From Fidelibacterota bacterium UBA6630 (GTDB lineage: Bacteria > Fidelibacterota > Marinisomatia > Marinisomatales > TCS55): DNA of 56,292 bases. Within the stretch, counting starts at the first letter, position 1. Each line of letters starts with the position of its first letter. A model generated the notes under the pieces. The model had not been told where the DNA came from, made no database searches, and was given only the letters and a program-made list of their open reading frames with translations. The stretch is from the NCBI GenBank assembly GCA_002455835.1, contig DKLW01000032.1, forward strand, positions 1 to 56,292, in the 5' to 3' direction. Both the position numbers and the translations under genes were made by a program. This document shows, one piece after another, positions 22,392 through 31,084 of this stretch.

Positions 22392-25304
22392 TTACTCCCA
22401 GGATTTACGCCACTGGAGATTCGGATTTTTATCCATCAACCCCACCGATTCATAAACAGCAGAATGTATCCGCTGGCGCCAATCAAAATAATTTGGACTT
22501 TTGTATGATCGGTTGGGATGGACAGCATTGGTCAATAAAATGACAAATATCTGATTTTTTGAATCAATCCATAAAGACGTCCCCGTGTAACCTGTGTGGC
22601 CAAAACTTTCATCAGGCAAGAATACACCTCCAGATGCTTTTCCACTGGGCGTATCCCAACCCAATGCTCTTGAACTCCCTTCAATTACATTTGCTCTTTG
22701 TGTGAATTGGTCAACCGTATTGGATTTAAAAATTCGCTTCCATCCATAAATACCGCCATTAAGCATCATTTGACTAAAAATGGCTAAATCACTTGCTGTG
22801 GAGAATAGTCCTGCATGACCGGCGACTCCACCAAGGCTGTGTGCATTTTCATCGTGAACATATCCATGGATTAACTCTCCATAGAGCTCACTGTATTCGG
22901 TCGGTACGAGTCTTTTTATTCTATTTTTTGGCGGATTGAAATAGGTTGAACTCATTCCCAATGGCTCAAAAATTAATGAATCTACCAAACTATCTAATGG
23001 CACACCTGAAACGGCTTCAACCACTTTTCCCAATGTAATTAACCCCACATCTGAGTAGATGGTTTTATCCACCAGTGGAAGGGTCGGTTCTGTATTCATA
23101 ACCGAATCCAATCGTGCTTCAGGGCTCCCATTCATTAGATAATATTTTTTGAATGGGGGCAATCCGGAAGTATGGGTCATTAAGTGGCGGATGGTCGTAT
23201 TGGATTTTTGTTTAAAATGATTTGATTGCTTCCCTTTGAATGTAGTCAAATAGTCCACTACTTTGCCATCCAAGGAAAGCTCTTTTTTATCCACCATTTT
23301 CATAACGACAGAGGTGGTGGCAATTACTTTGGTGATAGAAGCAAGATCATAAATATCGCCACGCGTTACATGCTCCGATTTTTTGTACGTGTGATAACCG
23401 AATGATTCATGAAAAAATATTTGGCCGTCCTTTGCTGCGAGCAAGACGCCACCGGGCCAAGCAGAATCTGAAACAGCTTGATTTAACAGTATTTCAATGG
23501 AATCAGTGTTAGCTAAAATTTCTTGGGGACGAATTCGTTTTAGGGTTTTGCCCGGTTTCCAATTTGATTTACCACTTGGCCATGGCTTTGCTTGAATCTG
23601 AATGCCTGTTCCATTTGATGCAATCCCAGGGATGGTCACAGGTAAAATCCCTTTCATATCTGCCTTGCCTTTGAGGGCATTTGCAGCGGCATTTTGCAGT
23701 ACACCACTCCCCTTATATGCACAAATATATACGGGAGCATCCGGAAAATCTTGAATGAGATAGGGGCTCCCAAAACTAGTTACAATAACTCGTTCACATT
23801 TTTCAATGAGCTGATTGACAAATTCCGCTTCAACTTTTGGTAAAAATATTTCATCCTTATGTTCAGTCGGCGTGGCAAAAGCATTGAGAAATACCAACCC
23901 ATCCGATGGAATTTGATCCAAAATATGATCTGCAATGGCAACACTATCCGATTTGTCGATTTGAAAGGAAACAACCTTTCGTCCATTTGTTTTGAGCTGT
24001 TTGGTAAAGCTGCTCTCGGTATGCTTATTAGGGCCATCATATAAGTCAATCACATAGAGTTTTTCATCCAGTGCTGGTTGAAGGGGTAATATGTTGGCTT
24101 CATTTTTCACGACAGTAATCGATTTTTCAGCCATCTCTTTTGCCATTTTAAAATTGGAAGATTTTCCCATTGCACGATGGGTGTATTCAGGTGTTATAAT
24201 TTTATTGAAATGAAGGCCAACTTTCTCCTTCATTTGAAGCACTTTTAATGCGGATGAATTGATTCGACTTTCTAAAATTGTACCATCCAAAACTGCTTTT
24301 TCGATAGTATCAATGGATCGCTTCAAATTCATATTTTGAATAATAATGTCCGACCCTGCTTCTACTGTGGCCAATAGTGCATAATCATCAGAATAATTTT
24401 CAACAATCCCACCCATTCGCATGGCATCTGTGATAATGACACCATCAAAATTCATTTTTTTTCTCAATATATCCTGCAGCCAAAATCTCGATAAAGATGC
24501 AGGGTCTTCTGCATGATCTTGATAATCCGGTGCATTTACATGGGCCACCATGACCGCATCCACACCTGCATCAATGGCGCGTTGAAATGGAGGCAGTTCA
24601 ATCGTCCACAACCGCGTAGAGTCGCTGGGAATCTGAGCCAATGCTGAATGGGAATCGGTTTCCGTATCACCATGACCAGGGAAATGTTTTGCTGTGGTTA
24701 GCATACCGTGATCTTGAAGTCCGCGGATATATTCTACGGAATAGCGATCCACAGAATCGGCCACCTCTCCAAATGATCTTGTATTGATGATGGGGTTTTT
24801 GGGATTATTATTGACATCCACCACAGGCGACAAATTAAAGTAGATGCCCACGGCCCGGCTTTCTTCTGCTGCGATTCGGCCTGCTTCATAGGCATATTGG
24901 GGATTCCCTGTAGCAGCAATGGCCATCATTGGCGGTAGAGTTACTGCGCCGGGATAGCGACGACCCAATCCGGATTCAATGTCTGCCTCAACCAGAATAG
25001 GGACTTTAGACTTTTCCTGCATTTCATTCAGCATGGTAAGGGCACTGCCTGCATCACCAAACCAAATGTGGAGGACACCTATGCCATCTGTGGCAAGATA
25101 CCTTTGAATTTCCTTCCATTGACTGCTTTCATAATTCATGAAACGCATATTAACGGACAGCACCATCATCTGGGCAATCTTTTCTCTCAACGTGAGTTGT
25201 TGTAGGGTTTGTTCTGCCCAAGTTTTTTCTGATTTAGATTGACTAGGACCTGCACATGCTGAAATAAGCAGTGCCAAACAAAGTATAAAATTCCTCATAA
25301 CCAT
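22392..25304 (-). CDS. Fusion of GH3 beta-N-acetylhexosaminidase (NagZ-like) with a class-C beta-lactamase-fold serine hydrolase (AmiE/AmpH-like), lipoprotein
   Basis: Lipobox LISAC. GH3 motif KHFPGHGDTETDSH in the N-terminal half. C-terminal half has SxxK (LASITKVIATT), YSDVG and HTGYTGTS boxes. Confidence 0.85.
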   Translation of the reverse strand: MVMRNFILCLALLISACAGPSQSKSEKTWAEQTLQQLTLREKIAQMMVLSVNMRFMNYESSQWKEIQRYLATDGIGVLHIWFGDAGSALTMLNEMQEKSKVPILVEADIESGLGRRYPGAVTLPPMMAIAATGNPQYAYEAGRIAAEESRAVGIYFNLSPVVDVNNNPKNPIINTRSFGEVADSVDRYSVEYIRGLQDHGMLTTAKHFPGHGDTETDSHSALAQIPSDSTRLWTIELPPFQRAIDAGVDAVMVAHVNAPDYQDHAEDPASLSRFWLQDILRKKMNFDGVIITDAMRMGGIVENYSDDYALLATVEAGSDIIIQNMNLKRSIDTIEKAVLDGTILESRINSSALKVLQMKEKVGLHFNKIITPEYTHRAMGKSSNFKMAKEMAEKSITVVKNEANILPLQPALDEKLYVIDLYDGPNKHTESSFTKQLKTNGRKVVSFQIDKSDSVAIADHILDQIPSDGLVFLNAFATPTEHKDEIFLPKVEAEFVNQLIEKCERVIVTSFGSPYLIQDFPDAPVYICAYKGSGVLQNAAANALKGKADMKGILPVTIPGIASNGTGIQIQAKPWPSGKSNWKPGKTLKRIRPQEILANTDSIEILLNQAVSDSAWPGGVLLAAKDGQIFFHESFGYHTYKKSEHVTRGDIYDLASITKVIATTSVVMKMVDKKELSLDGKVVDYLTTFKGKQSNHFKQKSNTTIRHLMTHTSGLPPFKKYYLMNGSPEARLDSVMNTEPTLPLVDKTIYSDVGLITLGKVVEAVSGVPLDSLVDSLIFEPLGMSSTYFNPPKNRIKRLVPTEYSELYGELIHGYVHDENAHSLGGVAGHAGLFSTASDLAIFSQMMLNGGIYGWKRIFKSNTVDQFTQRANVIEGSSRALGWDTPSGKASGGVFLPDESFGHTGYTGTSLWIDSKNQIFVILLTNAVHPNRSYKSPNYFDWRQRIHSAVYESVGLMDKNPNLQWRKSWE

Positions 25305-25361
25305 AACATAAAAATTAACTGAACTTCCCCCATAAATCTTTAACTTTTCTTTCTCAAAATC

Positions 25362-26414
25362 ATGCGATCTACAAGTAAAGAAATCAAATCAATGATCGGT
25401 CAAATGATCATGACCGGATTCCGCGGTACATCTGGAGAGGATGCAGCATCTTTTTTCCAATCTCTAGATGGACTTACAGTAGGCGGTGTCATCCTTTATG
25501 ATCAAAATGTAACAACAAACCCTCCCACCCTTCATAACATTCGATCTCCTGAACAGGTGCAATCTCTGAATGCTGCGCTTCAAACTTTCAGTGAGATTCC
25601 TCTATTTATCGTTGTAGATCAAGAAGGAGGGCAAGTGAATCGATTAAAAAAGGAATATGGTTTTAATGATTCACAAAGTTGGGAAAATATTGGTATTGAA
25701 GAAAGTGAATCCAATACTATTGATCATGCTAAGAAAATTGCATTCACGCTCAAAACCCACGGATTTAATATGAATTTTGCTCCTGTTCTGGACCTCCTTA
25801 TAAATTCTGAGAATGTAATTGTTCAAAAAGGGCGATGTTTTTCCCATGATCCTGAAATCATTGCCCGACATGCTGAATTATTCATCCATGCTCATTTAAA
25901 ACATAATATTATTCCCGTATGTAAACATTTCCCGGGGCAAGGCAGTGCCGCAAGCGACACCCATGATGGATTTGTGAATGTCTCAGATTCTTGGAAAGAA
26001 AGTGAACTTTTTCCCTATGAGTATTTGATTGATAATCATTCTATACCGGCCGTTATGACCTCTCACTTATTTCATCAAGCACTAGATTCTAAGTACCCGG
26101 CAACACTTTCTTCCAAAATATTGAAACAGATGCTTCGTAAACAAATGGGGTTTAATGGTGTCATTATTAGCGATGATCCTCAAATGGGAGCCATTACAGA
26201 TCATTATGAACTCAAAACCGTAATTAATTTAATGGTTAATGCTGGGGTTGATATTTTTTGTTTTGGGAATAACTTGGTTTATGATCCGGACATTGTAAAA
26301 AAGGTATACGCAATCATTGAAAAATTATTAAAAGAGGGGTTAATTACCGCCCAACAAATTGAGACCTCCTACAATCGTATTTTGAGATTAAAAGAATTGG
26401 TTGGTTTATCATGA
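25362..26414 (+). CDS. nagZ: GH3 beta-N-acetylhexosaminidase, cytoplasmic NagZ type
   Basis: No signal peptide. VDQEGGQVNRL, KHFPGQGSAASDTHDG, GVIISDD. Confidence 0.8.
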   Translation: MRSTSKEIKSMIGQMIMTGFRGTSGEDAASFFQSLDGLTVGGVILYDQNVTTNPPTLHNIRSPEQVQSLNAALQTFSEIPLFIVVDQEGGQVNRLKKEYGFNDSQSWENIGIEESESNTIDHAKKIAFTLKTHGFNMNFAPVLDLLINSENVIVQKGRCFSHDPEIIARHAELFIHAHLKHNIIPVCKHFPGQGSAASDTHDGFVNVSDSWKESELFPYEYLIDNHSIPAVMTSHLFHQALDSKYPATLSSKILKQMLRKQMGFNGVIISDDPQMGAITDHYELKTVINLMVNAGVDIFCFGNNLVYDPDIVKKVYAIIEKLLKEGLITAQQIETSYNRILRLKELVGLS

Positions 26415-27433
26415 AGATAATTGGGTTAGATGGGGGTGCCACTAAAGTTTCAGGCGGGATCGTAGAACAGGTGAATGAAAGTACGTTTAGGATCATTGAT
26501 CCTACTATCGATATACAATATTCAGATCATCCAAATTTCAACCTGGATTTTTCTTCACTACCCTTAGACCAACAAACGGGTTCAGAAATATCCAAAGCAG
26601 AATGCCGACAGGGAAAAGTAATTATAGACTGTGCTTCTAAAGTGATCAAATCCTTGACTGGCGACGGTCCATTTCATGTAGCAATAGCCATGCCTGGAAT
26701 TAAAACTGAAAATGGTCGTGGTATTGCTGCTATGGCCAATGGGCCCCGGATACCAGATTTCTCTGATCAACTCGAAGAGGCTATATCTCTTGGGCTCCCC
26801 ATTCAAAGGTTGGAGAGTGATGCGGACATGTGTGCCTGGGGTGAAGAATATGGGGAAGAAGGTGCATTTCGATCCGTTAACAATGCTTATTATCTTGGAG
26901 GTGGGACAGGTACAGCCGACGGACTCAAGCTTAATGGTACGTTGCTTCCTTTCGATGAAGCCTCAAATTGGATGGGTAAATCAATAAAATTGAAAATGAT
27001 CAATGGGAAATCATTGGAAACTTATACATCCATGTCGGGGATTCATGCCTTGCGGGAATTCATAACAGATGATGAAATCGGTGCGGTATTGGGTCAATTA
27101 ATATTTGAGCGAATATCAACCATTTATTCCGGTTGGGGTGGTTTGTTCATTATAGATCAAAATCTCAAGTCAGACCATCCATACCTTGGTACATTATTAG
27201 ATCGAATTGTTATTGGTCAGCGGTTATCTCAATTTTTACAATCGGATGAAGGTAAACCCACTTACAAGGCCGTAATGAAAACATTAACTAATCAATGTGC
27301 TGATGCTCATTCTGCAATTTCAGATCATTTCTTAGTTAATGGAGAGTTCGATTCAAGTCGAATTATTCTTTCAGATTTAAGGGCAGCGCCGATTATCGGT
27401 CTTGGGGCAAAAGTTTGGATGTCCCAATGCTGA
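26411..27433 (+). CDS. BadF/BadG/BcrA/BcrD-type ATPase, GlcNAc/MurNAc kinase-like
   Basis: N-terminal phosphate-1 motif IIGLDGGATKV, DADMCAWGE, LGGGTGTADG. ATGA overlap with nagZ. Confidence 0.65.
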   Translation: MKIIGLDGGATKVSGGIVEQVNESTFRIIDPTIDIQYSDHPNFNLDFSSLPLDQQTGSEISKAECRQGKVIIDCASKVIKSLTGDGPFHVAIAMPGIKTENGRGIAAMANGPRIPDFSDQLEEAISLGLPIQRLESDADMCAWGEEYGEEGAFRSVNNAYYLGGGTGTADGLKLNGTLLPFDEASNWMGKSIKLKMINGKSLETYTSMSGIHALREFITDDEIGAVLGQLIFERISTIYSGWGGLFIIDQNLKSDHPYLGTLLDRIVIGQRLSQFLQSDEGKPTYKAVMKTLTNQCADAHSAISDHFLVNGEFDSSRIILSDLRAAPIIGLGAKVWMSQC

Positions 27434-28683
27434 TCCCCGGTTCTATTCCCAATAAAGAACCACTAATTCGTGTGGGCCTCATTTTACCTGAGGACAAACT
27501 GAAATCAATTGCCGTCTCCTTTTCTGACAGCCAATTCTATGAGATTGAAACGGAAAACCGATTACATCCGTCCTGCAAAAATGCAGATCACACTACCATA
27601 AATTATGATAATGGGAAACTAGTTATTCCCGAATTAGGAATTATTGATACTTCCCTAAAAATCATTCCATCTATCCCGGATGGAAGCCCATCACTAATGC
27701 TTAATGGTATCCCTGTTGGCCGAGGCTTTCATTGGGAGAAACAAATTCGCGCATCCTATTGGGGCACTATGGAATTTTCAATTCAAGATGGAAAAATGAT
27801 GGCCGTTAATGAACTGCCTTTGGAAGCGTATCTGAAATGCGTGGCCACATCAGAAATGAGCGCCCTATGTCCTCCCGAATTTTTAAAAGCCCAAACCATT
27901 GTGGCCCGGTCATGGCTTTTGGCCAATATTGAGCAGAAACACCGTCACCTTGGATTTGACATTTGCAATGATGATTGCTGCCAGCGTTATCAAGGCATGA
28001 CCCACTGTACCGATGCGTCTATTCAAAGTGCCAATGCGACTTTTGGTGAAGTGATTATGTTTGACGATCGCATTTGCGATGCACGCTACTCCAAATCTTG
28101 TGGTGGCATTTCAGAAAATTTTGAACACGTATGGGATGGGGAACCCATCCCATATTTGGTATCAATTGTAGACGAAGATGAAAATGGTGTGCCTTTTTGC
28201 AGTCCTGAGATTGTACCGGAAACATCACTTAAAACCTATATCGGAGATGTAGATAAAAAAGGGAAATATTATCGCTGGACGTATCAAGCCACCCAAGATG
28301 AACTGATTCAATCATTACAATATAAGCATAATATCAATGCAGCCAAGATTCAGGATTTAACCCCCATCAAAATGGGGGTGTCCGGTCGAATTACTGACCT
28401 ATTGATTGAATATGAAGACAACCAAGGAAATAATCAGAAAATAAAAATCCATTCTGAATATGAGATCAGGAATATCATGTCTCCTTCATTTTTATTTAGC
28501 TCAGCATTTACAATTGAAAAAACGGATGATGGAGATTTTCTACTCCATGGAAATGGCTGGGGTCACGGTGTAGGCCTGTGTCAAATTGGTGCATTGGGCA
28601 TGGCATTATTCGGGAATACATCAGAAATGATATTGAATCATTATTATCCAAATTCAAGACTTAGACATCTGTATAATAAATGA
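27415..28683 (+). CDS. SpoIID/LytB domain protein without a signal peptide
   Basis: SpoIID-family boxes LEAYLKCVATSEM, AQTIVARSW, CNDDCCQRYQG, RYSKSCGG, GHGVGLCQIGA. An alternative ATG is at 27427. Confidence 0.75.
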   Translation: MDVPMLIPGSIPNKEPLIRVGLILPEDKLKSIAVSFSDSQFYEIETENRLHPSCKNADHTTINYDNGKLVIPELGIIDTSLKIIPSIPDGSPSLMLNGIPVGRGFHWEKQIRASYWGTMEFSIQDGKMMAVNELPLEAYLKCVATSEMSALCPPEFLKAQTIVARSWLLANIEQKHRHLGFDICNDDCCQRYQGMTHCTDASIQSANATFGEVIMFDDRICDARYSKSCGGISENFEHVWDGEPIPYLVSIVDEDENGVPFCSPEIVPETSLKTYIGDVDKKGKYYRWTYQATQDELIQSLQYKHNINAAKIQDLTPIKMGVSGRITDLLIEYEDNQGNNQKIKIHSEYEIRNIMSPSFLFSSAFTIEKTDDGDFLLHGNGWGHGVGLCQIGALGMALFGNTSEMILNHYYPNSRLRHLYNK

Positions 28684-29963
28684 GTGATCAATCAACTAAG
28701 AGACTTTGGCAATGGGTCCCATCCCTATATTATGCAGAGGGGCTCCCTTATGCATTCGTTATGATTGTTTCTACAATTATGTATAAAAATTTGGGTATAT
28801 CCAACACGGATATAGCACTCTATACGAGTTGGCTTTATTTACCTTGGGTCATCAAACCTCTGTGGAGTCCTTTGGTGGATATCCTTAAAACTAAACGATT
28901 CTGGATTATTATTATGCAGTTGGTCATTGGTGCTGGATTGGCAGGGATTGCCCTAACACTACCCACCGATAATGTATTTAAATTTACATTGGCATTTTTC
29001 TGGCTCATTGCATTTAGTTCTGCCACCCATGATATTGCTGCTGATGGTTTCTATATGATCGCACTTCCATCCCATGATCAGGCATGGTGGGTCGGGATTC
29101 GAAATTCATTTTATAGATTGGCAATAATCACCGGACAGGGATTTTTGGTGATGCTGGCAGGGGTTTTAAATGATTGGACGGGCAATATGGCCACTGCATG
29201 GTCCATGTTGTTTGGATGTCTATCAATAATATTTCTCTTATTAGGGCTATATCATAAAATTCAACTGCCATTTCCTAAATCTGATTCTTCCGATAAGAAT
29301 GCAAATGTAGGGTCCGTCATGAAAAATTTCTTTCATGTATTCATCTCATTTTTCCAAAAACCAAAAATCGTTCTTATCATTAGCTTTATTTTATTATACC
29401 GATTCGGAGAAGCGCAATTAGTCAAGATTGCACCGCTATTTATGTTGGATGATTTTGCTGCAGGTGGATTGGGATTAACTAATGTTCAATTGGGATTTAT
29501 TCAGGGAACGATGGGGATTATCATGTTAACTCTAGGTGGCATTCTAGGAGGACTTCTTGTAGCAAAACATGGTTTAAAATCTTGGATACTATGGATGGCA
29601 TTGGCCATGAAGCTACCTGATATTGTATATGTTATCATGGCCTATACCCAAATGGATAATATTTCATTCATTACCGCTTTTGTAGCTATTGAACAATTTG
29701 GATATGGTTTTGGATTTACTGCCTATATGCTTTTTATGATGATGATTTCTGATGGAGAGCACAAAACGGCTCACTATGCCTTATGCACTGGATTTATGGC
29801 ATTGGGTATGATGCTTCCCGGCATGTTTAGCGGTGCGTTGCAGGAAACCATTGGATATCAATCCTTTTTTATTTGGGTAATGGTGGCTACAATCCCGGGA
29901 CTCATTTTGATTAAATTTTTGGATATCGACCCCAACTATGGAATAAACAAGGATTCTGGATGA
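28680..29963 (+). CDS. ampG: AmpG-family MFS muropeptide permease
   Basis: 12-14 TM MFS protein. N-terminus WVPSLYYAEGLPYAFV and ATHDIAADGF are typical of AmpG-type permeases. ATGA overlap with the upstream gene. Confidence 0.75.
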   Translation: MSDQSTKRLWQWVPSLYYAEGLPYAFVMIVSTIMYKNLGISNTDIALYTSWLYLPWVIKPLWSPLVDILKTKRFWIIIMQLVIGAGLAGIALTLPTDNVFKFTLAFFWLIAFSSATHDIAADGFYMIALPSHDQAWWVGIRNSFYRLAIITGQGFLVMLAGVLNDWTGNMATAWSMLFGCLSIIFLLLGLYHKIQLPFPKSDSSDKNANVGSVMKNFFHVFISFFQKPKIVLIISFILLYRFGEAQLVKIAPLFMLDDFAAGGLGLTNVQLGFIQGTMGIIMLTLGGILGGLLVAKHGLKSWILWMALAMKLPDIVYVIMAYTQMDNISFITAFVAIEQFGYGFGFTAYMLFMMMISDGEHKTAHYALCTGFMALGMMLPGMFSGALQETIGYQSFFIWVMVATIPGLILIKFLDIDPNYGINKDSG

Positions 29964-31084
29964 CACAATCAAATGAACGTCTCATTGCTCTAGATACATT
30001 TCGTGGTGCCACCATGGCATTGATGGTCTTGGTAAACACACCTGGTACTTGGGCTCATGTGTACGGACCCCTTCGCCACGCGAAATGGCACGGATGCACA
30101 CTCACGGATCTGGTATTTCCATTTTTCCTTTTTATTGTGGGCATTTCCATGCGCTACTCATTTGAGAAATATGAATTCTGCAAATGGGGACCCCTCTTCA
30201 AAAAAGTGGTTTTTCGTACCATCACCATTTTTACCATTGGGTTATTTTTGAATGCATTTCCCTTCATCCGACAAGACTGGGACTGGTCTCAATTCAGAAT
30301 TATGGGCGTCCTCCAACGGATCGCATTGGCCTACATCCTGGCCAGTATGATTGTTGTCCGGGCAGACATTAAAGGTATCGTCCAAATTTCTATGGGATTA
30401 TTAATTGGCTATTGGCTACTACTTATGGGCCATGGCTGGATGACTGGCGTGGATCCCTATGGTTTGGAGACCAATCTTCAAGGCGTAATTGATTCCATTA
30501 TTTTAGGCAAGGATCATTTGTATAGAGGCATGGGAATTCCTTTTGATCCCGAAGGATTGTTAAGCACTATTACTTCTATAGCCACCATTCTTCTCGGGTT
30601 TCTAGTTGGTGCCATGATTAAAACAACAAAAGACCATCAAGATAACTGCCAGCGGATGGCTGTACTTGGGGCCCTGCTCATCATATCGGGATGGTTATGG
30701 GGTTTTGTCATGCCAATCAATAAACAGCTTTGGACCAGCTCTTATGTTTTATTCACGGGGGGTATCGGTACCCTTCTTTTGGCGGGCATGATTTGGCTCA
30801 TTGATGTGAAAAAGAAGAATGGTTGGACAAAGCCTTTTGTTATTTTCGGCGCCAACGCCATATTCCTCTATGCGGCTTCAGGTATCTGGACCAAGATTAT
30901 GCTGAGAATACAATTTGAATTCGATGGCAAAATCATTTCAGGATATGGTTATTTATATAAGACAATATTTCAACCCATGGCAGGAGATATAAACGGCTCT
31001 CTCTTATTTGCTTTATTTCATGTATTTATGTTTTGGCTTATCTTGGCTTGGATGTATAAAAAGAAAGTTTTTTTAAAAATTTAA
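29960..31084 (+). CDS. Heparan-alpha-glucosaminide N-acetyltransferase (HGSNAT)-like / DUF1624-DUF5009 integral membrane acyltransferase
   Basis: N-terminal RLIALDTFRGATMALMVLVN...HAKWHGCTLTDLVFPFFLFIVG pattern and about 10 TM segments. ATGA overlap with ampG. Confidence 0.6.
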   Translation: MTQSNERLIALDTFRGATMALMVLVNTPGTWAHVYGPLRHAKWHGCTLTDLVFPFFLFIVGISMRYSFEKYEFCKWGPLFKKVVFRTITIFTIGLFLNAFPFIRQDWDWSQFRIMGVLQRIALAYILASMIVVRADIKGIVQISMGLLIGYWLLLMGHGWMTGVDPYGLETNLQGVIDSIILGKDHLYRGMGIPFDPEGLLSTITSIATILLGFLVGAMIKTTKDHQDNCQRMAVLGALLIISGWLWGFVMPINKQLWTSSYVLFTGGIGTLLLAGMIWLIDVKKKNGWTKPFVIFGANAIFLYAASGIWTKIMLRIQFEFDGKIISGYGYLYKTIFQPMAGDINGSLLFALFHVFMFWLILAWMYKKKVFLKI

